From: Eledone cirrhosa
Lineage: Eukaryota
DNA length: 64,000 bases
NCBI GenBank assembly: GCA_964016885.1
Contig: OZ024756.1
Location: 8,866,001-8,930,000 of the forward strand
Reading direction: 5' to 3'
Made by a program: the position numbers and the translations under genes. The notes below the pieces were generated by a model. It ran no database searches. It saw only the letters and a program-made list of their open reading frames with translations, and was not told the DNA's origin. Shown piece by piece: positions 1 to 13,317 of the stretch. The first letter of the stretch is position 1. The number at the start of each line of letters is the position of its first letter.

Positions 1-97
1 CTTGCTCAAGGAAACAACACATCACCCGGTCAGAGAATTGAACTCACAACCTTTCGATTGCAAGGCCAATGCTCTAACCACTAAGCCATGTGCCTCC
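1..97 (-). mobile_element. tRNA-headed CORE-type SINE fragment
   Basis: Reverse of ggcacatggcttagtggttagag...tccttgagcaag; related copies at about 756-1100, 15530, 30930, 32530, 34405 and 35820. Confidence 0.7.
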
Positions 98-141
98 ATA
101 ACAATATATTCTATTGTCTCTTGATTCATTTATACATTATT

Positions 142-420
142 GGTGGATTGCCAGTATTGGTAGAGGGTTGGATGCCATGCTTTGCAGCACAGAGTTACAC
201 CCCTTTACATTCTGACTTCAAATCCCGCCGAGGTTAACTTTGCCTTTCATCCTTACAGGGTCAAAATAAAGTACCAGTAATGTACTGGAATAATTGCTGG
301 CCTTATGCCAAAAGTAGAAACAAGTATTACTTAAAAGTACCAGTAATACACTGGGGTCGATTTAATTGACTCTCCCCTCTCCCCAAAATTGCTGGCCTCG
401 TGCCTATAGTAGAAATCATT
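142..420 (+). mobile_element. tRNA-derived SINE with Meta-like central domain
   Basis: A/B-box-like head (ggcagtatcggtagag...gagttcaaatccc) and ctttgcctttcatcc...ggggtcgataaaataaagtaccagt core; many copies in the window. Confidence 0.75.
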
Positions 421-755
421 ATTACTTATATTGAAAACCTGTTTAACAATAAGTTCCTCTCTATCACTCATTGGCTGTGTTTAGACCTGGAGAGGAGAAT
501 GGCTCTGCCAGGTTTCAGAACTTAAGGATCCATACATAAAAAATACCAGTCCGACATTAGGGTCTATCTCTTTCTCAATTCTTCTATATAACTTTCTTTC
601 TCCTTTCATTGAAGAAATGGGGTGTGTTCAGATTTGGAGAAGAGATCGGTTCCACTTGGTTTAACCCTTTAGCATTTTAGACAAAGTTTTAATGACTCTG
701 CCATGACATACATCATATATACACTTATCCAAATTGAGATGAGTGTGAAATACAT

Positions 756-1100
756 TGTGTTCTTGAGCAAGACACTTTATTTCACATTGCTCCGGTTCAC
801 TCAGCTGTAGAAATGAGATGTCACATCACTGGTGCCAAGCTGTATCGGCCATTACCTTTCCCTTGGACAACATCAGTGGTGTGGAGAGGGGAGACTGGAA
901 TACATGGGTGACTTTCTGGTCTTCACAAACAACCTTGCCCGAACTTATGCCTTGGAAGGACATTTCTAGGTACAAATCCCATGGTCATTCTTGACCGAAG
1001 GGGGGTCTTTGCAACCTTTCCCGGACTTGTGCCTCAGAGGGGAACTTTCTAGGTACAAATCCCATGGTTATTAGTGACCGAAGGGGTCATTACCCTTACG
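756..1100 (+). mobile_element. CORE-type SINE with duplicated 3' part
   Basis: tgtgttcttgagcaagacacttt...ctcagctgtagaaatgag; tail ...gaccgaagggggtc occurs twice; same family at 32528-33085. Confidence 0.65.
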
Positions 1101-1139
1101 TAACATGTAGTGTGACATTTGCTCTTATGTTTCTTCTAG

Positions 1140-1220
1140 CAAATTACAGACATTGCTATCAAGAATTTAGCTTTCTGCTGCCGTCTTTTGAGCTGTGTGA
1201 AGTTATCTGGCTGTAAATTT
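1140..1220 (+). CDS. Internal exon of an LRR protein, FBXL13/DRC6-like (QITDIAIKNLAFCCRLLSCVKLSGCKF)
   Basis: ttcttctag acceptor and gtaagt donor, 81 nt, phase 0-0. Cys-containing LRR unit resembling the C-terminal LRRs of FBXL13 (recalled similarity, not searched). Confidence 0.85.
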
Positions 1221-1304
1221 GTAAGTTATATTTAAAGGTATCTCTTTAACAAATAATAGACCTTTTTTTGTCTCTCTTTAATTTTGGAATTTAATAAAGT
1301 ATAT

Positions 1305-1527
1305 TTAACCCTTTAGTATTTACTCTATATTTATTATTGTATTTTTATGGTAAAGGCTTTACCTTACATAATATCTCACATAATATTGAATCTATGAGAT
1401 TTTGATATTATCTATTTTAAGAACAATACCTTAACATCAGTATGAGTGGCTGGTTACAGCCAGTTTGAACAGGAAGAGGTGAGAGAATTCTGGCTGGATA
1501 TGGCTGGTTTAAATGCTAAAGGATTAG
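1305..1527 (+). mobile_element. piggyBac-type MITE, single-unit form (about 220 bp)
   Basis: ttaa-ccctttagtattta ... taaatgctaaagga-ttag; internal sequence shared with copies at 20971, 30892, 34557 and 46263. Confidence 0.75.
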
Positions 1528-1603
1528 AATTATTGCTGGCCTTGTGCCAATATTAAACACTATTTATTGGTCTTTGAAGTTTTACTGTTGGTTTCCTCTG
1601 TAG

Positions 1604-1686
1604 ATCACTGACCTTACATTACAGTATTTGTCTGGTGTCTGCCATTATCTTGTCCGGCTTGATCTTAATGGCTGCTCTTTAATTAC
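1604..1686 (+). CDS. Internal exon of FBXL13-like gene (ITDLTLQYLSGVCHYLVRLDLNGCSLIT)
   Basis: ttcctctgtag acceptor and gtgagt donor, phase 0-2, in frame with neighbouring exons; LRR consensus. Confidence 0.88.
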
Positions 1687-1955
1687 GTGAGTATTTTTCT
1701 GTAATTAATAAACACCTTTAATGAATACCTTTAATGAATTAATAAACATTTTTATTAATTCATTATTTCATCAAGATAAACTACTCATATATTTCCAATT
1801 CCACCCTGCCCGTCCCCTCAATCTATCTTATTTCTCATTCTGATGAAGGACTAGCGTCCGAAATGTTACGACCCTCTTCCTGCTATATCAAGTGTTAACC
1901 TAATATATACCTTCCATATACTGTACCGATTGTGTTGTTATTTCTGTTTACCTTT

Positions 1956-1990
<35 letters not shown>

Positions 1991-2019
1991 GTGTGTATAT
2001 ATAAGGTAAATTATATGAG

Positions 2020-3115
2020 TTGATACAACTGTGTAAGGCATTCAGATATTTAAAGCTCGTGCCTTGTCCTAGCCCACATCTGACTGTACTAGAGTGTCTT
2101 TCTCTTTTTGTGGAGGGGCCAAGTTCCATTGGTCAGGTAGTCCATCTGCTGTCAACACCCGCTACGTGGAGGGCTGGGTATGCTATGGCTGAGGATGCGC
2201 TGAAGCTAGAGCATCTCCAACTTTTCCTTGATGCTGAACAGGTGTGGTTACCGTTCGCTAGACATGTTTTTACCCAGCTCATCTCCTTGATGGAGCTACA
2301 ATCTTGGGGCCAAGTGAAGACTGAGAGGGAGCATTTGGAGACCGGAATGTCTTCAAGCGTTCAAAGCCCTCAGCCAATGGGGCAGTACAAGCGATGGAAA
2401 CTCCACCTTAGCGTTCTATAAAGGGTTAGTGGAACGTACGAGTGATGATGTCCTTGGGGAGACTGAGTTGACAAAAATCAACTAGCTACTCTTTTCCAGA
2501 GGACTTTCGGTCCAGGGCCCATGGACAACTTCCAGAAATCCCTGGCCCTGCAATGTTACCAAGGAGCTTTGCCAATTCGAGATAAACTCTACAAGCATAG
2601 AAGTGCCATCAGTCGGGCCTGTTTGATGTGTGCGCAGGGCGACAAAACCATCCTGCACGCACTCATCGAGTGTATGAGTATTGCTGACCTGTTGGTTTAT
2701 CTCGAGCACTTGCTATCACGTGTAGGATGGATCCAACTATCAACTGAGTCCATTGTGAAGATCACCCAGCTGTCCTACAGTTTTTATCTGCCTGGTGACC
2801 ATGGCTAAAGAGGTCATGTGATGGATGGATTTGAAATGGTTGAAGACTGCCATTTTCTTCTTCGGTGAAGCCCTAATTTACTTTTTCAGGTTTCACCTGA
2901 AGAGGAAGATCAGAGTGGAGAGGGAAGTATTACCTTCCAACCAGTTTGTTGAAAGGTGGGTGGGAGTGGTGAGCATGGTCCATGTGAATGGGCCTGCCCT
3001 GAGCATACGCCTGTAGATTGGAGTAGAAAAACTGGGAGAGGGAGCTTTGCCCTAGTGGACAGGGTGACTGTGGCTTTTGTGGGGTTTCTCCACAACTGAC
3101 CTTTAGAGTCTCCTC
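2020..3115 (+). mobile_element. Degenerate 3' end of an L1/Tx1-like non-LTR retrotransposon
   Basis: Frameshifted ORFs with LPIRDKLYKH...CLMC...TILHALIEC (CCHC zf-RVT-like motif), followed by a T-rich tail. Confidence 0.65.
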
Positions 3116-3293
3116 AACTTATTATGTTATGTTATTTTAAATGTTTATTTAAATGTTTGTTTTAAATCTTTATTTTTTTAGTTTCTTATATCAATTTTAT
3201 TTATATAAGTGAATCTTAAAATAAGTATATACGAATATTTATGTTTAATCAACAGATACAAAATTTAGTAGATAAAATATGTAATATTCATTC

Positions 3294-3714
3294 ATTATTT
3301 ATTCAAAGTAAGGGCGGTGGATTGGCAGTATCGGTAGAGGGTTGGACGCCATGCTTTCCAGCATAGTTATGTCCCTTTACGATCTGAGTTCAAATCCCGC
3401 CGAGGTTGACTTTGCCTTTCATCCTTACGGGGTCGATAAAATAAAGTACCAGTAATGGGTAATTGCTGGCCTTGTGCCTAAAGTAGAAACAATTATTTAT
3501 TCAAAGTAAAGGCGGTGGATTGGCAGTAACGGTAGAGGGTCAGACGCCATGCTTTGACGTATAGAGTTACGGCCCTTGCCATTCTGAGTTCAAATCCCAC
3601 CGAGGTTAACTTTGCCTTTCATCCTTATGGGGTTGATAAAATAAAATACCAGTAATACACTGGGTAATTGCTGGCCTTGTGCCAAAACTAGAAACAATTA
3701 TTTATTCAAAGTAA
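3294..3714 (+). mobile_element. Head-to-tail dimer of Meta-like SINE
   Basis: Two SINE units of about 200 bp separated and flanked by attatttattcaaagtaa (three copies). Confidence 0.8.
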
Positions 3715-3831
3715 TCCAACTTATTTTACTAACGGGATAAAAAAATATAAAATGGATGCAGTCCCACACTCCTCCTTTATTATAGATTATTATTTCCACT
3801 ATTATTTTTATTATTATATTTAATTATTCAG

Positions 3832-3912
3832 GGATAAAGGAATGAAATATCTCCTGAAAGGCTGCAGTTGGTTATCTGTCCTCAACATTCTCTACTGTAA
3901 AGGTATTTCAAA
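3832..3912 (+). CDS. Internal exon of FBXL13-like gene (DKGMKYLLKGCSWLSVLNILYCKGISK)
   Basis: ttattcag acceptor and gtgtgt donor, phase 2-2, continues the LRR pattern. Confidence 0.85.
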
Positions 3913-3949
3913 GTGTGTATAACATTGTTATGGTTATTTTAGTGGGCTT

Positions 3950-4350
3950 TGTGTGTGTGTGTCTGTGTGTATGAGTGTCTGTGTGTATGAGTGTCTATGT
4001 GTATGAGTGTCTGTGTGTATGAGTGTCTATGTGTATGAGTGTCTGTGTGTGCATCTGTGTTTGTGTGTATGTGTGTATGTATGTATGTGTGTGTGTGATT
4101 GACTACATGCAAATGTGTGACTGTGTGCAGTTGTTTTATAAACTACATACATACTTTAATTTGTTGGGTAGGCATCGTTATGGCTTAAGAAGTTTTGTGT
4201 GTGTGTGTGTGTATGTCCATGTGTGTTCCCCATCCATATTTCTGTGCGTGTATATGTATATATGTGTGTGTGTGTGTATATGTCCATGTGTGTTCCCCAT
4301 CCTTATTTCTGTGCGTGTATATGTATATATGTGTGTGTGTGTGTGTGCAT
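3950..4350. repeat. (GT)n-rich compound microsatellite
   Basis: Direct reading. Confidence 0.9.
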
Positions 4351-5537
4351 GACTAGATATATGTATAGTTTGTCCTCATAATTTGGCATCAATAATATAC
4401 TGGTTGGATGCCCTTCCTATCACCAGCACCACTTTACAGCATGAATTGGGGCCTTTTATTTGTGCCACCAGCAATAGAGAGGTTGTCTTACTAGACTCAG
4501 GGGTCCTCTCCACCCCATACTTTGGCATGGTTTTAATGGCTGAATGCCACTTCCATCAGCTCCACTTTACAGCATGGATTGAGGGCTTTTATTTGTGCCA
4601 CCAGCACTAGAGAGGTTGTCTTACTAGACTCAGGGGTCCTCTCCACCCCATACTTTGGCATGGTTTTAATGGCTGAATGCCACTTCCATCAGCTCCACTT
4701 TACAGCATGAACTAGGTGCCACCAGCATTAGGGAAGTCATCTTACTGGATTTAGGGGGTTTCTCCACCCCGCACCAATTTATTCGGAGTGGTTGCTCTCC
4801 TAGACAGGTTGCCTACACTTCAAACTTACGGAGCCTCCGTCGACCCTAGATATGTCAAATCTAATGCAGGGTATTCTCACTCCTGTTGGAGGAACCCCTC
4901 CCTGGTTGACCCCACTGCTTTCTCTTTGGTTTTGGTCATGTCAGAGTGTAGTCATACTCACCACATTTGGCCAATTGTAGGTTGGTGAGGCTATTTAACC
5001 CGTAGTTGGGGTGGATGGCTGTTGACTCTGAGGAATTCATCCACCCTTTTAATAGCTCTTGTTTTTTGTGCTGTTGGGGTTCCACTTACCCTTTTTTTAT
5101 AACCCTTTCTACTGGTTATATTTTCTACGATGCGGGGGTACTAACAATTTTATCTCAGGTGTAACTTCCAACTACAAAACATGAGACTTTCAAACGAGAC
5201 TCCAACTGAACTCCAGACAACAAGACACGTTGCTTATTTATAATAGTCCACCGAGTCCATTTCTTTAATCCCAAAGGGGTGGTCACCACAACACCTTCTC
5301 ACCAGACCCTTGTCTAGTGGGTGGGCTAGTTTAGTTACTGACCACATGACCATGAAGCAGGTTGTACTGGATTACATGGTACCAGGCCGAAGCCTGATCC
5401 TACCATCATCATCATTTTATGTCCATTTTCCCCCCGCTAGCATGGGTTAGACAAGTTGTCCTGTTGTGACTGTTGCTAGGTCAAGTGACCATGTCTCATA
5501 CAGGACTGATTTTGGCTTGGTTTCTAATGTAAACCTC

Positions 5538-6408
5538 ATTTACAGTGAGTACTGGGTGCTTTTTGTTGTGACACCTACATGACCACTTTACAGTGAGTAC
5601 TGGGTGCTTTTTGTTGTGACACCTACATGACCACTTTACAGTGTGGACTGGGTACTTTTTGTTGTGACACCTACATGACCACTTTACAGTGTGGACTGGG
5701 TACTTTTTGTTGTGACACCTACATGACCACTTTACAGTGTAGACTGGGTACTTTTTGTTGACACCTACATGACCACTTTACAGTGTCGACTGAGTACTTT
5801 TTGTTGTGACACCTACATGACCACTTTATAGTGTGGACTGGGTACTTTTTGTTGTGACACCTACATGACCACTTTACAGTGTGGACTGGGTACTTTTAGT
5901 TGTGACACCTACATGACCACTTTACAGTGTGGACTGAGTACTTTTTGTTGTGACACCTACATGACCACTTTACAGTGTGGACTGATTACTTTTTGTTGTG
6001 ACACCTACATGACCACTTTACAGTGTGGACTGAGTACTTTTTGTCATGACACCTACATGACCACTTTACAGTGTGGACTGGGTACTTTTTGTTGTGACAT
6101 CTACATGACCACTTTATAGTGTGGACTGGGTACTTTTAGTTGTGACACCTACATGACCACTTTACAGTGTGGACTGGGTACTTTTAGTTGTGACACCTAC
6201 ATGACCACTTTACAGTGTGGACTGAGTACTTTTTGTTGTGACACCTACATGACCACTTTACAGTGTGGACTGGGTACTTTTTGTTGTGACACCTACATGA
6301 CCACTTTATAGTGTGGACTGGGTACTTTTAGTTGTGACACCTACATGACCACTTTACAGTGAGTACTGGGTACTTTTTGTTGTGACACCTACATGACCAC
6401 TTTACAGT
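5538..6408 (+). repeat. 48-bp minisatellite (about 18 copies) inside an RTE-tail-type element
   Basis: Unit ccactttacagtgtggactgggtactttttgttgtgacacctacatga; flanks 5405-5540 and 6410-6530 match single-unit elements at 25921-26280 and 49141-49400. Confidence 0.9.
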
Positions 6409-6656
6409 GGGAGGGTAGGGTGGGGCATATTATACATATGGTTCATCAGTCGGGTCTTCTATATTACTGCGTAACACCAAAGACGTCAGTTCTGTGTCAT
6501 CACCTCTGAGAGGTGTAATTAGGCAAGGTGAGCTTTTATCAGCTGATCCCAAGTCTTCCTGGGTCTTCCCACTCCACGGCTTCCTTTTATGTATTTCTCT
6601 ACATTACATGTAGACTAGATTTAATCAGATACCAGTGTCTGTGTGTCTCTCAACAG

Positions 6657-6738
6657 GTCTGTAGTTCTGAAAATGAAGAAATCCATCGACACTGTCAACT
6701 ATAATGGTGAAGAATGGCAGCTACCTGAAGATGATTAA
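6657..6738 (+). CDS. Terminal coding exon of FBXL13-like gene (SVVLKMKKSIDTVNYNGEEWQLPEDD*)
   Basis: ctctcaacag acceptor, phase 2 matches the previous exon, TAA stop at 6736-6738. Confidence 0.75.
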
Positions 6739-6747
6739 CCAGAGTTT

Positions 6748-7060
6748 GCAGTATTGGTAGAGTGTCGGATGCCATGCTTTGGCGCATAGAGTTACGGCCC
6801 TTGCCATTCTGAGTTCAAATCCCGCCGAGGTTAACTTTGCTTTTCATCCTTACGGGGTCGATAAAATAAAGTACCAGTAATGCACTGGGTAATTGCTGGC
6901 CTTGTGCCTAAAGTAGAAACAATTATTATTGATTATTTGAACTCAGACCATAAAGAGTTACGGCCTTTTATGGTCAGAGTCCAAATCCCGCCAAGGTTAA
7001 CTTTGCCTTTCATCCTACACTGGGATAATTGTTGGCTTTGTGCCTATAGTAGAACAATTT
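6748..7060 (+). mobile_element. Meta-like SINE plus partial copy in the 3' UTR region of the FBXL13-like gene
   Basis: Same SINE consensus as 142-420. Confidence 0.7.
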
Positions 7061-7479
7061 TTATTGGTAAAGAAATGTTTGGTGTGACTTGAGAACCATC
7101 ATCACCATCACTACCACTAACACCACCATCATTATCATTTAACATATTTTTCAAATAAACTTTATTTGTTTTTTTATTTGTTTGTTTATTTCCTTTCCTT
7201 TAATAACTACACACACAGACACACACACATATATATATATATATATGATGATGATGATGATATTTGAAATGTTGAGAATTTAAATCTGCTTGTAGATATT
7301 TTTTTCTCAAAAGGTTTTATTATATTCTTCAGTTGATCTCAGTTTGACCTCAGCTGGACCTCAGTTTGACCTCAGTTGGACACGTGAACAGCTGGCTTTC
7401 TCCTGCAGATAAGTCATGAACTTAGTACAACTACTAATAGAAGGAACTAATGTGGTAGCTCCAAATATTGGTCACTCTC

Positions 7480-8170
7480 TGACAGGTTTGCAGTCGAGCC
7501 CCTAGCAGTGGAGACTTCTGGTGTCCTTGGCCCTAGGGCCACCTCCTTACTCACCACCCTTGGCACAGAGTTGGCTACCTGTAGCAGTGGAGACTTCTGG
7601 TGTCCTTGGCCCTAGGGCCACCTCCCTACTCCCCACCATAATGAAATTCACGGTGTATAAAACAATTTGTTGTAACGAAAAATTCTTTATAACGAAGTTG
7701 ACTGAAACAAATCGAGCATTTGTTTGTTATTACTTCAGAGATTGAAAAAAAATTTGTTATAACTGAATTTTACCTGTACAGGGGAAGAATTAAGCCCAGG
7801 ACTTGATGGTACATTTTTTTATCAACTTTGAAATGATGAAAGGTAAAGTTGACTCTTAGCTTCACTAACACTGAACAGAAAGAGGCATAAAAGTGCTATT
7901 TTAGGAGAAGTGTTGATTGATGAAAATACATAGGAGAGAGAGGGTCTCTTCCAAGTGGTCCTAATGAAATGATTCATCATCTGGTGGAGACTTCTGCTGT
8001 TCTTGGTCCCCATACCACCTCCCTACTAACTGCTACCAGGGCAGAGTTAGCCAACCGCAGGAGTGAGCCCTGTAAGTTGGAATGGCTATTTCAGGATGTC
8101 TCCCTTGTCATCCTTCAGGGTAATGCTTTCTGGCTGGACCATGAGTCAGCTTGCACCAGGGAAGGGTAGG
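7480..8170 (+). mobile_element. Fragments of a CRE-clade non-LTR retrotransposon C-terminus (restriction-like endonuclease region)
   Basis: PVAVETSGVLGPRATSLL and WLFQDVSLVILQGNA resemble the CRE P.AVETLG...LFQRLS.AIQRGNA motif; related piece at 13380-13519 (WLFHRLSLAISQSNA). Confidence 0.6.
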
Positions 8171-8593
8171 TGAGAAGATTTTCTACGTGTCATAGAGCTT
8201 TCTTTGAGACTGGTTAGGTACCGTATCATTGGAGTAGCAATGGTATAGGTTGGTGTTACACTGGTTAGGTACCGTATTGAAGTACCAATGGTATAGGTAC
8301 ATAGCTCTTACACTGTGTGAATATCAAATATATAAAATACTTTGCTGAGAAATAACTGCAGAAGTTGACACTACTACAGTTACAAGCATAATTTTAATCA
8401 CGACAGGGAAGACAGAGCAGACAGCTGGTCTGCCAGAAAGAGTCACTGAGTTGCTTAAAATATCTGACAGAAATAGGTTGCATGCTTCCACTCACATAGT
8501 CAATAAGGTTGTATAGGAAAGTGTCATACTCAATGACAGGTATAACAATATCATTATCAACCTCTTCAGAGGTAAAGCAAAAGTAAGAAAGAC

Positions 8594-8796
8594 TACAAGG
8601 ATCAGTTAAAAAGTTCATAGGCTGACCAAGATACTCTCATGGAATGACCAAATGAGGTTTATTTTTCAACATAATCCCTGGAAAGAAACAATGTAGTTAT
8701 TAATAAGAAGACTTGATATTAATGCATACAAGATTTCACAGCACTAATATCACTCCTTCATAGTCAACCAAAGAACTGTTCAGCCAACCCCCGTAT
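8594..8796. mobile_element. mariner-type MITE (about 200 bp)
   Basis: TIRs like tacgagggttggctgaaaagttcata with TA ends; other copies at 24325-24520 and 45802-45972. Confidence 0.7.
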
Positions 8797-8874
8797 TATA
8801 GACATCAAATTGCTGGACGAAGTTGTGAAATTCCACACACGGAGGTGAGTATTAGGACTATTGATTAAGAACTG

Positions 8875-9090
8875 AATTTGTCTAGATGAGATGCAAGTGT
8901 GATTTGGGGCGAAGAAGAGGTACTTACTGTTGATTTTAACCTCCTAGTGAGACTATTACAAGAGAAGTGAAGTACTTAGCTAGAAATAAACACCAACACC
9001 TGGTTTCCATCGACTTGCAGAAGGTCTTTGACTGAGTTTCACTGGTCGCTATGGAAACTAGGAATAGATAAATGACTTATGAATGTCGTA
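8875..9090 (+). mobile_element. Degenerate RTE reverse-transcriptase fragment
   Basis: Reads LDEMQ..., LVRLLQEK, VSIDLQKVFD, WSLWKLGIDK*LMNVV across frameshifts; same region as the RTE at 50700-50840. Confidence 0.7.
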
Positions 9091-12000
9091 TAGACAATAG
9101 ACTATGTACGAAATAACGAGAGAGAGCCTTTGGTATAGACAATAGACTATGTATGAAATAACGAGAGAGAGCCTTTGGTATAGACAATAGACTAAGTATG
9201 AAATAACGAGAGAGAGCCTTTGGTATAGACAATAGACTATGTATGAAATAACGAGAGAGAGCCTTTGGTATAGACAATAGACTATGTACGAAATAACGAG
9301 AGAGAGCCTTTGGTATAGACAATAGACTATGTATGAAATAACGAGAGAGAGCCTTTGGTATAGACAATAGACTAAGTATGAAATAACGAGAGAGAGCCTT
9401 TGGTATAGACAATAGACTATGTATGAAATAACGAGAGAGAGCCTTTGGTATAGACAATAGACTATGTACGAAATAACGAGAGAGAGCCTTTGGTATAGAC
9501 AATAGACTATGTATGAAATAACGAGAGAGAGCCTTTGGTATAGACAATAGACTAAGTATGAAATAACGAGAGAGAGCCTTTGGTATAGACAATAGACTAT
9601 GTACGAAATAACGAGAGAGAGCCTTTGGTATAGACAATAGACTATGTATGAAATAACGAGAGAGAGCCTTTGGTATAGACAATAGACTATGTACGAAATA
9701 ACGAGAGAGAGCCTTTGGTATAGACAATAGACTAAGTATGACATAAAGAGAGAGAGCCTTTGGTATAGACAATAGACTATGTACGAAATAACGAGAGAGA
9801 GCCTTTGGTATAGACAATAGACTAAGTATGAAATAACGAGAGAGAGCCTTTGGTATAGACAATAGACTATGTACGAAATAACGAGAGAGAGCCTTTGGTA
9901 TAGACAATAGACTATGTATGAAATAACGAGAGAGAGCCTTTGGTATAGACAATAGACTATGTACGAAATAACGAGAGAGAGCCTTTGGTATAGACAATAG
10001 ACTATGTATGAAATAACGAGAGAGAGCCTTTGGTATAGACAATAGACTATGTATGAAATAACGAGAGAGAGCCTTTGGTATAGACAATAGACTATGTACG
10101 AAATAACGAGAGAGAGCCTTTGGTATAGACAATAGACTATGTATGAAATAACGAGAGAGAGCCTTTGGTATAGACAATAGACTATGTACGAAATAACGAG
10201 AGAGAGCCTTTGGTATAGACAATAGACTATGTATGAAATAACGAGAGAGAGCCTTTGGTATAGACAATAGACTATGTATGAAATAACGAGAGAGAGCCTT
10301 TGGTATAGACAATAGACTATGTATGAAATAACGAGAGAGAGCCTTTGGTATAGACAATAGACTATGTACGAAATAACGAGAGAGAGCCTTTGGTATAGAC
10401 AATAGACTATGTATGAAATAACGAGAGAGAGCCTTTGGTATAGACAATAGACTATGTACGAAATAACGAGAGAGAGCCTTTGGTATAGACAATAGACTAT
10501 GTACGAAATAACGAGAGAGAGCCTTTGGTATAGACAATAGACTATGTATGAAATAACGAGTGAGAGCCTTTGGTATAGACAATAGACTATGTACGAAATA
10601 ACGAGAGAGAGCCTTTGGTATAGACAATAGACTATGTACGAAATAACGAGAGAGAGCCTTTGGTATAGACAATAGACTATGTATGAAATAACGAGAGAGA
10701 GCCTTTGGTATAGACAATAGACTATGTACGAAATAACGAGAGAGAGCCTTTGGTATAGACAATAGACTATGTATGAAATAACGAGAGAGAGCCTTTGGTA
10801 TAGACAATAGACTATGTATGAAATAACGAGAGAGAGCCTTTGGTATAGACAATAGACTATGTATGAAATAACGAGAGAGAGCCTTTGGTATAGACAATAG
10901 ACTATGTACGAAATAACGAGAGAGAGCCTTTGGTATAGACAATAGACTATGTATGAAATAACGAGAGAGAGCCTTTGGTATAGACAATAGACTATGTACG
11001 AAATAACGAGAGAGAGCCTTTGGTATAGACAATAGACTATGTATGAAATAACGAGAGAGAGCCTTTGGTATAGACAATAGACTATGTATGAAATAACGAG
11101 AGAGAGCCTTTGGTATAGACAATAGACTATGTACGAAATAACGAGAGAGAGCCTTTGGTATAGACAATAGACTATGTATGAAATAACGAGAGAGAGCCTT
11201 TGGTATAGACAATAGACTATGTACGAAATAACGAGAGAGAGCCTTTGGTATAGACAATAGACTATGTATGAAATAACGAGAGAGAGCCTTTGGTATAGAC
11301 AATAGACTATGTATGAAATAACGAGAGAGAGCCTTTGGTATAGACAATAGACTATGTATGAAATAACGAGAGAGAGCCTTTGGTATAGACAATAGACTAT
11401 GTACGAAATAACGAGAGAGAGCCTTTGGTATAGACAATAGACTATGTATGAAATAACGAGAGAGAGCCTTTGGTATAGACAATAGACTATGTACGAAATA
11501 ACGAGAGAGAGCCTTTGGTATAGACAATAGACTATGTACGAAATAACGAGAGAGAGCCTTTGGTATAGACAATAGACTATGTATGAAATAACGAGAGAGA
11601 GCCTTTGGTATAGACAATAGACTATGTACGAAATAACGAGAGAGAGCCTTTGGTATAGACAATAGACTATGTATGAAATAACGAGAGAGAGCCTTTGGTA
11701 TAGACAATAGACTATGTACGAAATAACGAGAGAGAGCCTTTGGTATAGACAATAGACTATGTATGAAATAACGAGAGAGAACCTTTGGTATAGACAATAG
11801 ACTATGTATGAAATAACGAGAGAGAGCCTTTGGTATAGACAATAGACTATGTACGAAATAACGAGAGAGAGCCTTTGGTATAGACAATAGACTATGTACG
11901 AAATAACGAGAGAGAGCCTTTGGTATAGACAATAGACTATGTACGAAATAACGAGAGGGATCCTTTGGTATAGACAATAGACTAAGTATGAAATAACGAG

Positions 12001-13317
12001 AGAGAGCCTTTGGTATAGACAATAGACTAAGTATGAAATAACGAGAGAGAGCCTTTGGTATAGACAATAGACTAAGTATGAAATAACGAGAGAGAGCCTT
12101 TGGTATAGACAATAGACTAAGTATGAAATAACGAGAGAGAGCCTTTGGTATAGACAATAGACTATGTATGAAATAACGAGAGAGAGCCTTTGGTATAGAC
12201 AATAGACTATGTATGAAATAACGAGAGAGAGCCTTTGGTATAGACAATAGACTATGTATGAAATAACGAGAGAGAGCCTTTGGTATAGACAATAGACTAA
12301 GTATGAAATAACGAGAGAGAGCCTTTGGTATAGACAATAGACTAAGTATGAAATAACGAGAGAGAGCCTTTGGTATAGACAATAGACTATGTATGAAATA
12401 ACGAGAGAGAGCCTTTGGTATAGACAATAGACTAAGTATGAAATAACGAGAGGGATCCTTTGGTATAGACAATAGACTATGTATGAAATAACGAGAGAGA
12501 GCCTTTGGTATAGACAATAGACTATGTACGAAATAACGAGAGAGAGCCTTTGGTATAGACAATAGACTATGTACGAAATAACGAGAGAGAGCCTTTGGTA
12601 TAGACAATAGACTAAGTATGAAATAACGAGAGAGAGCCTTTGGTATAGACAATAGACTATGTACGAAATAACGAGAGAGAGCCTTTGGTATAGACAATAG
12701 ACTAAGTATGAAATAACGAGAGAGAGCCTTTGGTATAGACAATAGACTAAGTATGAAATAACGAGAGAGAGCCTTTGGTATAGACAATAGACTATGTACG
12801 AAATAACGAGAGAGAGCCTTTGGTATAGACAATAGACTAAGTATGAAATAACGAGAGAGAGCCTTTGGTATAGACAATAGACTAAGTATGAAATAACGAG
12901 AGAGAGCCTTTGGTATAGACAATAGACTAAGTATGAAATAACGAGAGAGAGCCTTTGGTATAGACAATAGACTATGTATGAAATAACGAGAGGGATCCTT
13001 TGGTATAGACAATAGACTAAGTATGAAATAACGAGAGAGAGCCTTTGGTATAGACAATAGACTAAGTACGAAATAACGAGAGAGAGCCTTTGGTATAGAC
13101 AATAGACTATGTACGAAATAACGAGAGAGAGCCTTTGGTATAGACAATAGACTATGTACGAAATAACGAGAGAGAGCCTTTGGTATAGACAATAGACTAT
13201 GTACGAAATAACGAGAGAGAGCCTTTGGTATAGACAATAGACTAAGTATGAAATAACGAGAGGGATCCTTTGGTATAGACAATAGACTATGTACGAAATA
13301 ATGAGAGAGAGCCTTTG
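9088..13317. repeat. 45-bp satellite array, about 94 near-identical copies
   Basis: Unit gtatagacaatagacta(t/a)gta(c/t)gaaataacgagagagagcctttg. Confidence 0.98.
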
